NCBI RefSeq assembly: GCF_006345805.1
Contig: NC_043001.1
Span: 51,026,001-51,090,000 of the forward strand
Source of the DNA: Octopus sinensis
Lineage: Eukaryota
Length of the DNA: 64,000 bases
Reading direction: 5' to 3'
This document shows positions 13,939-25,842 of the stretch, in pieces. Each line of letters begins with the position of its first letter. The stretch's first letter is position 1. The translations under genes were made by a program, and so were the position numbers. The notes beneath the pieces were generated by a model. That model worked only from the letters and a program-made list of their open reading frames with translations, did no database searches and was not told the DNA's origin.

Positions 13939-16900
13939 AGCCAAATTGACTACATCCTTACAAGGCAAAGGGAGAGATGGCTGCTTATAAATGCCAAAAC
14001 CTTCCCAGGTGAAGAATGTACCCCACAACATAGACTGGTAGTTAGTGACTTTAGGATCAGGACTAGGAGGACAACCAGAAGACGACAAATATGGAGAAGA
14101 AGGATCTGGAAGCTTAAAGATCCTGCAAATGGACAGAGATTTAGGGACATATTACTTGAAGCCTCTGACGAAGTAGAAGGGGATAGAGCATCACAGGGGG
14201 TAGAAGACAGCTGGACGTTTCTAAGGGACAACCTGCTGAGAGCCACTGACCAGATCTGTGGCTGGTGCAAAGTCCCCTCTCGACCTAGAATAACGTGGTG
14301 GGTGAACAATATTGTAGACAGGGCTATTAGAGAAAGAGACAGGCTTGGAAGGTCTGGAAAAATGGGGGTAGCAGGGAATTGTATCAGACTGCCAAAAGAG
14401 AAGCTAGGAGACAGGTTATTTAGCCAGAGGGGAAGCAGATAAGAAAAATTTGCCAATGTTCTGCGCCGTGAGGACCAAAGACTGGAGGTGTTTCGTGTTG
14501 CAAGACAGTGTTTGAGAGAGAATCGTGATGTGGTAGGAGAGAAGTGTGTTCGCATGGAAGATGGTTCACTTGCGCTAAATGAGGATGCAAAGAGAGAGGT
14601 TGGAGATGCCACTATGAAAGGTTGCTGAATGAAGAAAATGAATGGGATAAAGAGAGTCTGCCGAATGTTGACAACCCAACAGAGGGACCAGCTATCCGAG
14701 TTGATAGTTCTGTGGTAGCTAAGGCAATTAGAAACATGAAGACAGGGAAAGCCCCAGGCCCATCAGGAATCACTGCAGAGATGCTCAAAATGTCTGGTAG
14801 TGTCGGCTATAGCCTAGTCACCCATATAGTTAATCAGGTGATACACAAAGGGGTCATACCCAATGACTGGTGTAGCAGTATAATAGTCAACTGCTACAAA
14901 GGTAAAGGTGATGCCCTAGATACAAATAACTACAGAGGTATCAAGCTGTTGGACCAGGTGATGAAGGTTACGGAGAGGGTCATAGCCCAACTAATTAGAG
15001 AGAGAGTTAGTTTAGATGAGATGCAGTTTGGGTTTGTGCCAGGGAAAAGTACTACTGATGCTATATTCCTGGTAAGGCAGCTGCAGGAGAAATACCTAGC
15101 CAAAGATAAGCCCCTGTACCTGGCTTTTGTTGACATGGAGAAAGCCTTCGACAGGGTCCCCCGATCCCTTATCTGGTGGGCAATGAGAAAACTAGGGATA
15201 GATGAATGGTTAGTGAGAGCTGTGCGGGCCATGTATAGGGACGCCGCTAGTAGGGTGAGGGTTGGAAATGAGTACAGTGAAGAATTCCGGGTAGAGGTAG
15301 GGGTCCACCAAGGCTCAGTACTCAGCCCCTCCTATTTATCATAGTCCTCCAGGCAATAACGGAGGAATTCAAGACAGGATGCCCTTGGGAGCTCCTCTAT
15401 GCTGATGACCTTGCTCTAATTGCTGAGTCGCTATCAGAACTGGAGGAGAAGTTTCAGGTGTGGAAACAAGGATTAGAATCGAAGGGCCTCAGAGTCAATC
15501 TAGCTAAAACCAAAGTCGTAATCAGTAGGAAGGTAGACAAATCACAAACACCTTCAGGTAGATGGCCCTGCTCGATCTGTAGAAAAGGTGTAGGTAGAAA
15601 CTCTATAAGATGCACCAAGTGTAAGCTATGGACACATAAGAGATGCAGCAATGTCAAAGGAAGGCTAACTAGGAAGATGGTTTTTGTATGTGGCAGATGC
15701 TCAGGAACAATAAACACTGAAATGCTCTGAGACCAACTTCCGTCACTTTCCAGGGAGAAAAACTAGAAATAGTTGATAGTTTCCGTTACCTAGGTGACCA
15801 AGTCAGCAGCGGGGGCGGGTGTGCTGAAAGTGTAACTGCTAGAGTAAGAATAGCTTGGGCAAAGTTCAGAGAGCTCTTACCTCTGCTGGTGACAAAAGGC
15901 CTCTCGCACAGAGTGAAAGGCAGACTGTATGATGCGTGTGTACGAACAGCCATGCTACATGGCAGTGAAACATGGGCCGTGACTGCTGAGGATATGCGTA
16001 AGCTCGCTAGAAATGAAGCCAGTATGCTCCGATGGATGTGTAATGCCGGTACTCACACTCGGCAGAGTGTAAGTACCTTGAGAGAAAAGCTGGACCTAAG
16101 AAGCATCAGTTGTGGTGTGCAAGAGAGACGTTTGCGCTGGTATGGTCATGTGGCGAGAATGGATGAAGATAGTTGTGTGAAAAAGTGCCACACCCTAGCG
16201 GTTGAGGGAACCTGTGGAAGAGGCAGACCCAGGAAAACCTGGGACGAGGTGGTGAAGCACGACCTTCGAACTTTAGGTCTCACTGAGGAAATGACTAGAG
16301 ACCGAGACCTCTGGAAGTGTGCTGTGCGCGAGAAGACCCGGCAGGACAAGTGAGTCCACAACCCGTGGCCTTCTACATGGGATGGAGCCAGCCTACGTAT
16401 GCATACCTTCCCTTCTTGGGACACAAAACTCTACTTGTGAAGACGTGTTGAGGCAAGTGAGGATCAGAATCGAAATCGATCAATGGAAATTGCGGATGTG
16501 CTACCAGTGCCGGTGGCATGTCGAAACTCTGCTTGTGAAGACCCATTGAGGCAAGTGAGGATCAGAATCGAAATCGATCAATGGAAATCGATCAATGGAA
16601 ATTGCAGATGTGTTACCAGTGCCGGTGGCATGTAAGAGAACTTTCCGTTTCGCGACCGTTGCCAGCACCGCCCCGTTTCGTGTCCGTTGCCAGCCTCGCC
16701 TGGCCCTCGTGCCGGTGGCACATAAAAAGCACCATCCGTTCGTGGCCGTTTGCCAGCTCTGTCTGGCACCAGTGCGGGTGGCACGTAAAAAGCACCCACT
16801 ACACTCACGGAGTGGTTGGCGTTAGGAAGGGCATCCAGCCGTAGAAACACTGCCAGATTTGACTGGGCCTGATGAAGCCTTCTGGCTTCACAGACCCCAG

Positions 16901-16968
16901 TAGAACCGTCCAACCCATGCTAGCATGGAAAACGGACGCTAAATGATGATGATGATGATGATGATGAT
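13939..16968 (+). mobile_element. RTE-clade LINE, 5'-truncated within the AP endonuclease; RT with internal PHD finger; several frameshifts
   Basis: QIDYILTR...HRLVV (endonuclease C-terminus); KAPGPSG, YRGIKLL, QFGF, AFVDMEKAFDRV, GVHQGSVLSP, LLYADD (about 15395), KTKV; stop at 16353; 3' UTR and (GAT)n tail. Confidence 0.95.
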
Positions 16969-17101
16969 ATATATATATATATGTATATATATATTATATA
17001 ATATATAATATAATATATATTATGTATATAATATGTATAATATATATATAGTTATATATAATTATATATATAGATATATATATATATGTATGTATATATA
17101 T

Positions 17102-17151
<50 letters not shown>

Positions 17152-17452
17152 TATATATGTATATATAGATATATGTATATATATATATATATATATATGT
17201 CTATATATATATATATATGATATATATATATATATATATATATATAGTATATATATATATATATGTATATATATATTATATATGTATATATATATATGTA
17301 TATATATTATATTATATGTATAATATATGTATATACTTATATATTATATATGATATATATAGGTATATATATATATAAATATATGTATATATATATATAT
17401 ATATGTTATATATATTATATATCTATATGTATATATATACTATATATATATG

Positions 17453-17487
<35 letters not shown>

Positions 17488-17523
17488 TATATATATATGT
17501 ATATATATATATATATATATATA

Positions 17524-17559
<36 letters not shown>

Positions 17560-17698
17560 ATATATATATATATATATATTTTATGTATATATTATAATAT
17601 ATGTATATATATATTATAGATATATATATATATTTATTATATATATATATGTATATATATATAATATATATAACATATATATATAAATATATATATAT
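16969..17698. repeat. Long degenerate (TA)n array
   Basis: Direct reading. Confidence 0.95.
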
Positions 17699-18076
17699 AG
17701 GCATAGGAGTGGCTGTGTGGTAGTAGCTTGCATCTGAACCACATGGTTCTGGGTTCAATCTACTATAGCCTTGGGCCGACCAAAGTCTTGTGAATGGATG
17801 TGGTAGATGGAAACTGAAAGAAGCCCGTCGTATATATGTATATATATATATATGTGTGTGTGTATACGTTTGTGTGTCTGTGTTTGTCCGCCCAACATCG
17901 CTTGACAACCGATGCTGGTGTGTTTACATCCCTGTAACTTAGTGGTTCAGCAAAACAGACCAATAGGATAAGTACTAGGCTTACAAAGAATAAGTCCTGG
18001 GGTCGATTTGCTCGACTAAAGGCGGTGATCCAGCATGGCCACAGTCAAATGACTGAAACAGTTAAAAGAGTAAAGA
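17699..18076 (+). mobile_element. tRNA-derived SINE with internal microsatellite (AGGCGCAGGAGTGGCTGTGTGG family)
   Basis: Head AGGCATAGGAGTGGCTGTGTGGTAG...GGGTTCAATC; internal (TA)/(TG) tract; tail ...AATGACTGAAACAGTTAAAAGAGTAAAGA; further partial copies near 19470, 24750, 27490, 29490, 31230, 42640, 43780. Confidence 0.85.
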
Positions 18077-18652
18077 CATTCTCAACTGTAACTACAGTGT
18101 TTTTAAGCTATGTGTGATTACATTAAGTTATCCTTTTCTGATTTAAGGGATTTGAGAGAGATTTAACTATTATTTATAGCAGTTCAAATGATCCCATCCC
18201 ATTGAGGTTCCCTTATTGAGGCTGTTTGTTACACTGAACATAATTTTTTGGCCAGTTTTTTTTTTAATAACTTATATGAAAAGCCTCTTATAAATACATT
18301 ATGGAATTCTAGAAAGATATTAGTATGTTTTGAGATTGATTCTGTCTGTTATTGCCTTATATATGTCCAGAATGGCTACATAAAGCAATTCTTTTTAATG
18401 TTGCAATCCATTCTTTTCATATTTTAGTGAAAATGTTTCAAATTCTGCACTTCATTTTCATTTTATTTAATCCTTTTCTTCTCAATTAAGAAAAACAGCT
18501 TTGTGATAATTTAGTGGGATTCAAACTAGTCTTTAGCAGCACTCTGGCTCTTGCTCCTTGTGGAATTCATTTCTCTCCTTCACTTTTAAACTGTTCTATG
18601 CCATGTGGTCTCTGCACTTCCAGGTTTCCATTTTTCAAAAATCTGTCTAAAC

Positions 18653-18977
18653 CAGTAGTTCTCAACCAGAGTTCATATGGCCCCTGAGGGTTCATATAAG
18701 ATTTTGGGGGGCCCACAACAAAATAGTAAATTGGGGATCCACAATAGTATTTTAAGAGCCCTTGAAAACATTTTGCTTTAGATGTATTGATGCATGTATT
18801 GAAAGAAACAGCTAAGTTTCTTTCTCTAACATTTTACATAGTTCAAATTACACAAGTTAATGGGTGAAAAAAACCCAGAATTTTGAAAGCAGTTTTTACA
18901 AAACTAGTTTTTAAACATTGAATGGTTATAGAGGTCCACCAGAATAAAATAATCAAAGGGGTGCACAAGAACCCCTG
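18653..18977. mobile_element. hAT (Charlie-like) MITE
   Basis: CAGTAGTTCTCAAC ... AAGAACCCCTG termini; degenerate 8-bp TSD GTCTAAAC/ATCTAAAA; same family as 40525-40820. Confidence 0.7.
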
Positions 18978-19627
18978 ATCTAAAAGAACATCATTATCAT
19001 GTATTGTACCCTTTTACAGTGCATTGATGACACTAGAACAAAAGTTTTTTTCTGATCAAGCACGAGTTCTCCATTAGATGAAAACATGGCATAAATATGT
19101 TCTGACTTTCTCATGGTGTTTTCTTTGTAGAGATATTGAGGTGGTTTGCCATTGCCTTCTCCCACTAGATGGTCATTTGCTCACAAGGAGCTCATCTGTC
19201 CTTCAACAGGTCTTGCTTTTAATCCTTCTGGTTGTCCAGATATCCTCCTTACAAGAGTTGTAAGCTACTTAAGTGGAAGAATTGGTTCAGTCACCAACTA
19301 CTTGATCATGGAACAGGTAGTAGTATTTTATATGGTACCGGTAGCAAGTCTCATCAGCCTCTGATGTGATCCCTGACCTGATTAAATGGTAGCTTTGGTA
19401 TTATGTCCCAGTTCATTTTGAATGAGTTGCTTAGCCATCTAAGCTGCCTGTGTTTTATTTCAAGGACAGGCATAGGTGTGGCTGTATGGTTAAAAATTTG
19501 CTTCCCAAACACATGATTTCAGGTTCAGTGCCACTAAGTAGCACCTTGGACAAATGTCTTTCACAGTAGCTTTGGGCCAAGCAAAACCTTGTGAATGGTT
19601 CTGGTAGTTGGAAACTGAAAGAAGTCT

Positions 19628-19678
<51 letters not shown>

Positions 19679-20011
19679 AAGAGAGAGAGACTGTCTGTGT
19701 CTCCTTGTCATGACGTTGGATGATTGCAGTAAATGAATGGCATTAATTTCCATTCCATTTCCATTAATTAAATTCCAATCCTGAAAGTGCATGTCTAACC
19801 ATAGGGGAAAACCAAATGTGACAGATTTCTTATTCCTTTATTGCCCACAAGGAGCTAAACATAGAAGGAACAAACAAAGATTTTCTTCCAGTACAAAACA
19901 ATAAAACTTTAAAATTCAATGTTTTAAACTTGGCATTAATAACAAGATATTTCTGTTACATTAATCATATTTTAATAATTTGTTTTCTTTTTTTATCCAA
20001 TGTTTCCACAG

Positions 20012-20167
20012 ATGGTTGTCCAGAAGGGACTATCTCAGCAACTGGCCATATTCCATGCAAACTATGTCCTATAAATACTTACCAGTTTAACAAAACGTTT
20101 TGTGAAACATGTCAAGCAGCGCTATTTACTCAGTATAAAGGCGCCACCAGTGATAGACAATGTGTCG
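20012..20167 (+). CDS. Exon 5; ephrin-receptor-like repeat 2
   Basis: tttccacag acceptor, G|gtgagc donor, phase 1/1; GCPEGTISATGHIPCKLCPINTYQFNKTFCETCQAALFTQYKGATSDRQCV. Confidence 0.93.
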
Positions 20168-20634
20168 GTGAGCATCTTTATTTATAGTTTGACATTTGTC
20201 AGTCTAATGTTCCTTATAGTAAAGTAACATTTTAGGTCTCTCCTAAATCTTTCAATCTAAATCTTATCTGTATTTTCACATAATACATTTGTTTTATTTA
20301 TTTTATATTTTATCTCACCTTATACACTGTTTTCTTCACATTTATTCTGTTTACACTACCCTCTCATCCATATCACATTCTATTCCATACTTGCACAGTT
20401 CCACCCATCCCTGGTTAGTCATCTGCATCCAATACCACTAACACCCCTCTCTATGCCCATCTCCCCACACATATCTTCCTGTACAAGCACACAATATCCC
20501 ACCTCTTCCTCCCTTCCTAACTCCTCACAGAACTGCATCCCAGCCTTATCCCAAACCCAAACCTTTTCTTTTCTCTTTTTTTCCTCCACTCTCTTTTTCT
20601 TCTTTGCTCCTGTCTACCATATTTCCTTCATTTT

Positions 20635-20674
20635 GTTTTTCTGATGAAGGACTAATGTCTGAAATGTCAAAGAC
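20635..20674 (+). ncRNA. Decayed minimal type I hammerhead ribozyme motif
   Basis: GUUUUU CUGAUGA A GGAC uaau GUCU GAAA UGUC AAAGAC: stem I 6 bp, stem II 4 bp; C15.2 changed to U. Confidence 0.55.
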
Positions 20675-21289
20675 CCTTTCCCTTTCCTTTCAAGCATTAG
20701 ACTAACAATGCCTTTGTGAAAACTTGTCCCTGTAATGTTTTTTTCTTGCTTCTGCTCATTCATCATATATTTTTAACTCTTAGGTGGTCTTGTTCTTTCA
20801 ATTTTTTCATTATTATGTATATATGATTCTATCATTTTTTTTTCTAATTATTTGAATTCTCACTAAAAGAAAAGGACCTGATTTCTAAAAGAGAAATGAA
20901 GCTCTAATGATAAAATCTGAATACAGCAATGATGTGTTGTATGCTGAATAATAGAAAATGTTTTGCATATTTTACCAATCCATTTACAGACTGTACTTGT
21001 AAAGTGCATGTTAGCTGATCATTTTCTTCCCCTCAAAATCAAATCTTTTTCAGAATGTCATTAAGATAATTACTAACATAATCAAGTGCACCAATAATTA
21101 TTGGCATAAATGTATGAATACATATACAAATGTAAGTTTACATGTAGACATACATATTTGTATATATGCATACATATGCAAGTATGCATATATACATATA
21201 TGTATGTCTATATGTATATGTGTATGTATATATGTATGTATGCAAGTATACATACATGCATGTGTGTTTTTCAATTGCATGAGGGGCAT

Positions 21290-22458
21290 GAGATAAACTA
21301 CCTGCATCAACTTGCTATAAAAGCAGGTAATAATTTTACCTTGTATTTATTCCTGGTGCAAGTTTTGAAGAGTGCAGTTCAATTTTAACAGTTATTTTTT
21401 CAAAGCTGTAATGGAAGTGACAAAGGAGCATATTCAGTATGTTTTACTTTATGAGTTCAATAAAGGCAGCAATGCAATGGAAAGTGCAAGGAGTATTAAT
21501 GCAGTATATGGGGATCAGAGAATAAGAATAAGCCAGTGTCAGCAGTAGTTCTAGAAATTCCAAGTCAGAAACTACAGCCTAGAAGATGAGCCTCATTCTG
21601 GAAGATCTGTAGAGCTTGATGAGGACGTCCTGCAAACCCTGGTAGAACAAAATCCCATTGTAACTGTTGAGGAACTAACAGAGAAGCTTGGATTTGGTCA
21701 TACAAACATTCATTGACACCTGCATGCCATTGGAAAAGTCAGAAAATTGGGTCAATGGGTTCTTCAAATTTTTTGAGTCTAATCACATGCAGAGAGTGAA
21801 TATGTGCTCTTCTTTGCTATCGCATCTCACAAACAAATTTTTTTGACCAAATAGTGACTGGTGATAAGAAATGGGTTCTCTATGAAAATGTCAAGCACCA
21901 AAGCCAGTGGGTAGGGAGAGGAGAAACATTGGCACCCCAGGCTAAATAAGGTCTTCACCCATGTAAGGTGTTGTTATCTGTTTGGTTGTATATAAAAGAT
22001 TTAGTCCACTTTGAACTTTTAAGCCCAAACCAGCACTAGAAGAAAAACGACCAACTTTGGTTTCAAGACAAAAAGTGTTCTTCCATCAAAATAATACTTA
22101 GCCACATACAGTGAGGATGGCATTCCAAAGGCTGGAGCAGTTTGAATGGGAAACGATGCCCCACCTACTATATTCACCGGACATTATCCTATCTGATTAT
22201 CATTTATTCCACAGTCTTCAAAATCATTTGGATGGAAAAAATATGAATTTTGTACATGAGATCAGAACAGTACTGAAGGAGTATTTTCATCACAGACAAG
22301 TGACTTTTGCAAGAGGGGCCTTGCAAGTGTCTACAAGATAGATGGAAGAGCATTGTAGAAAAATGAAAGAGAGTATATTTTAGATTAAAAAAGAACTTTG
22401 TTTATCTTAATTTTGAAAAATAAGAGAAGTATAAAAAAAGTGCATTATTTATGGGATG

Positions 22459-22465
<7 letters not shown>
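21290..22465 (+). mobile_element. Mariner (DD34D) transposon relic
   Basis: ATG at 21411: MEVTKEHIQYVLLYEFNKG...EDEPHSGR...KLGQWV...IVTGDKKWVLYEN...FHQNN...PHLLYSPDIILSDYHLF; many stops/frameshifts; right TIR ...TTATGGGATGACCC-TA; left TIR not found. Confidence 0.9.
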
Positions 22466-22513
<48 letters not shown>

Positions 22514-22537
22514 ATGTATATGTATATGTATATCTTG

Positions 22538-22847
22538 GAAGTATGAGGAAAGGAAAAATTGTAGGTGTAGACGATCTTTAATTCATAATCCAGGTTGGTA
22601 CAGAACCAATATACATTCTACAAATTGTTTCAGAGTCTAATTATTTTTGTTGGTCATAATTATTCATACCACTATGTAATTCCTGATGAAGAATCTAATT
22701 TTTATTTCAAGAAGAGATTTTCGTTTTTTGTCTTTGGAATCGATTTAACTCCAAAACAATTTGTAGAATGTGTATTGGTTCTGTACCAATCTGGATTATG
22801 AATTAAAGATCGTTTACACCTACAATTGTTTCCTTTCCTTATACTTC
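22538..22847. mobile_element. Fold-back element (about 100-bp arms) with decayed hammerhead remnant
   Basis: GAAGTATGAGGAAAGG...CAAATTGTTTCAGAGT is the inverse of ACTCCAAAACAATTTG...CCTTTCCTTATACTTC; CTGATGA at 22683. Confidence 0.7.
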
Positions 22848-22961
22848 ATTTATTGTTTTTGCAAATACTGAATATATATTTATTATATATATTCTTTACT
22901 TGGACTGTACCAGCAGACTTCGCTGTTTGACATCCCTTTGAAAGATTTCAGTCCTCACCTC

Positions 22962-23003
<42 letters not shown>

Positions 23004-23396
23004 ATTCAAGTAATCTGATAGTACTCATAAAAAAAGGTCCTTAATGCATTATTTCAAAAGAGTTTTGTATTTTTCATTGATGCAGACATGTAAGTAATCT
23101 ATTTATTATTAAATATAACATAAATTATTTACACGTTTTTAAGTTATGAAACAATTTGTTGTAATATTTGAATTGTCTTATTGTTGAATACAATATCATC
23201 AAACTATTTCTCTGTCATTTATAACTTTATATATATATATATATACATGCACACACACAAACACATATGTAGGTATGTTTGAATGCATGTATGTATGTTT
23301 ACATAATTCTTTTATTTTAAAAACATTCTTGTCATAGGGCTGTGACCCTGCTGGGGTATCACATTCAAAGGTTTTAGTCATACCTACCCAGTACTT

Positions 23397-23556
23397 GCAT
23401 TATTTACATTATTTACATTATTTACATTCAATGGATATTTGTCCTCATCTTGTTTGGTGTTAACACAACGTTTCAGCTGATATACCCTCCAGCCTTCTTC
23501 AGGTGTCTTGGGGAAATTTTGAACCTGGGTTCTCATTCCTAAGGTATTATTTTTAA

Positions 23557-23604
<48 letters not shown>

Positions 23605-23849
23605 TATTGTTGTTGTTATTTTTCAGGTCACTGCTAGGAATCGAACTTGGAATCTTGGGGTTAGTAGTCCATGCTCTTACCCACTACGCCATATACCCAT
23701 GGGCAATTATGGAGAGAATTTTAGGGCTCCATAATTGCCCACGGGCATATGGAGTAGTGGTTAAGAGCGCGGGCTACTAACCCCAAGACTCCGAGTTCGA
23801 TTCCAAGCAGTGACCTGAACAACAATCATAATAATAATAATAATAATAA

Positions 23850-23894
<45 letters not shown>

Positions 23895-24094
23895 GAAGAA
23901 GAAGAGCATCGAAAAAAATACCTTAGGAATGAGAACCCAGGTTCGAAATTTACCCAAGACACTTGAAGAAGGCTGGAGGGTATATCAGCCAAAATGTGTT
24001 AACAACAAAGATGAGGACAAATATCCGTTGAATGTAAATAATGTAAATAATGTGAATAATGCACATAATTCCTCATCTCTTAAATATAGAACTT
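23397..24094. mobile_element. Palindromic head-to-head tRNA-SINE-like unit carrying hammerhead motifs; 12-bp TSD
   Basis: Arms 23397-23714 and 23727-24094 are reverse complements; 12-nt spacer; A box TGGAGTAGTGG and B box GAGTTCGATTCC; TACCCAGTACTT at 23385-23396 and 24095-24106. Confidence 0.88.
23462..23507 (-). ncRNA. Minimal type I hammerhead ribozyme motif
   Basis: GACAC CUGAAGA A GGCUG gaggguauau CAGCU GAA ACGU U GUGUU; palindromic AACGUU stem III; degenerate twin at 23958-24000 (+). Confidence 0.72.
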
Positions 24095-24133
24095 TACCCA
24101 GTACTTATTTCAGTAAGGTTCTTATTTTAATTT

Positions 24134-24457
24134 ACGGAGATGTACTTGCATAGCAAGTGACTCAATCTGAGATCATGTGCTGAAACAAAAACAATTGCAG
24201 CATGGAAGATATTTGTAAGCCATTCAAGATCACATAAAGACTGTTCGTTTCACTTCAACATTTAATTTTCATTTGTGCCAAAATATTTTCGTTGCTTTGA
24301 AACCTTGACCTGTTCACTGACAAAACTTGATGTAGCACAGGTTGCGGTTCCAAAGCAACCAAAGTATCTTGACACAAATGAAAATTAAATGTAGTGAAAC
24401 TAACAGTTTTTGTGTGTTCTTGACTGGCTTACAAATATCTTCAACACTACAATTGTC
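24134..24457. mobile_element. Fold-back element with variant (G3-C8) hammerhead
   Basis: Arms about 24190-24310 and 24338-24457 are inverted; second family copy at 49993-50200; minus-strand core GUGAACA at 24311-24317. Confidence 0.75.
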
Positions 24458-25683
24458 TTATTTTAATGATCTGTATTTACTGGGTGGCTAAGTCTACATT
24501 TTTTACATTTACACAACCTTGTTTTTTTTTTGTTTTTAATTGGTAATATTGTTTCACACACCATACACATACAACACACACACATTCACACAGCAAACAC
24601 ATGCACATCACATGCACACATACATATAAACACACACACATGCATACACATATTTACACACATACACACACACACTCTCTCTCATACAGGTACATATTCT
24701 CTTGCTCTCTCTCTCTCTCACACATACACACACACACAGTGCAAACAAGCTTACATACATACATGATCACACACATGCTATGTAAAACAATGTGCTTCTG
24801 CATATTAGTTTCTGTTTACCAAATTCCACTTTGGCTATAGTATTAGACATGCCCAAGGTGCCACACTGTGGGTTCAAACCCAGAATAATGTAATTTCAAA
24901 GCAAGCATTTTAACTCCACAACCATGTGTGCAACTGTGGTGTTACATGGCACATATATTCTAGTTTTTATTATGTACATCACTCCTCAGTACGACTTTAA
25001 ACTGAATCCAATAGTGGGGCCTTGGTTTGTGAATTTTGGGGGTTTTGAGAGTATGGAACCACCTCTTAGACACTATTGTTCCCAGGTATACTCTGACCTG
25101 TAGTTGTAGCACTCAGCTACTAATTAGTAAGTCAATGGGCAGATGGAGTTCATTAACCTGGGAGAGAAGCAATCCATGTAGGAGGAGGAAAACCTTGATT
25201 CCAAACCTCTGCTGCTTTGCAACCATACTCAGCTGTGGGAAAAGCTTTGGGAGTAAACCCTGAAGGGAAAATGAAAAGCCAGAGCCCTTGAGGTAGTTCA
25301 ACGATGTCTACAACCTCATTCTGGCTACCCCTTTGATGACGTTGGTGTCAAATTGCAATGACTGGGCTGTTTCTTTGAATCCATCTGTAACATGGAGATT
25401 GAGGGACATACTGTCCTCTGTATCATACTGTCCTCTGTATCATACTGTTCAGGCTTGGATCCTATCAAACACTCTACACATAGGTCCCAGTGGGGTAGAC
25501 AACTTTTATTTTCATTGATGGACATTGTGGCAGATAGAGGCCAAAATATTATGTATAAAATAGGGTTGCTATAGGATGTATAAAATAAGGTTGCTATAAA
25601 ATGCATAAAATAACGTTGCTTATAGGTTATAACTGGATATGTCTATTGTTGATTATTTATCATCTAAATATATTTTATTTCAG

Positions 25684-25842
25684 ACCAATGTTATCCTGGT
25701 TACTTTTCTGCAACTGGTTATGCACCCTGTCAGACATGTCCTGAGAATACCTATAGTATGTTCCACAAAAGTACCATGTGTACTCCTTGTAACTATAATG
25801 AAACAAGTCAACCTGGTTCAAAATCACGGTCAGGTTGTTCAG
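25684..25842 (+). CDS. Exon 6; ephrin-receptor-like repeat 3
   Basis: ttttatttcag acceptor, G|gtgagt donor, phase 1/1; QCYPGYFSATGYAPCQTCPENTYSMFHKSTMCTPCNYNETSQPGSKSRSGCS. Confidence 0.93.

Noticed and set aside
16866-16895. CTGATGA-AGCC-TTCT-GGCT resembling a hammerhead core plus stem II
   Set aside because: No GAAA follows, and the paralogous RTE copy reads CTGGTGCAGCC, so the match is incidental.
12787-17908. Long I/Y/C/V/H/T-rich ORFs in the ORF track (also 3481-3839, 50820-51285, 55404-56140)
   Set aside because: Translations of (TA)n, (GT)n and (TTG)n microsatellites; no splice context or domain.
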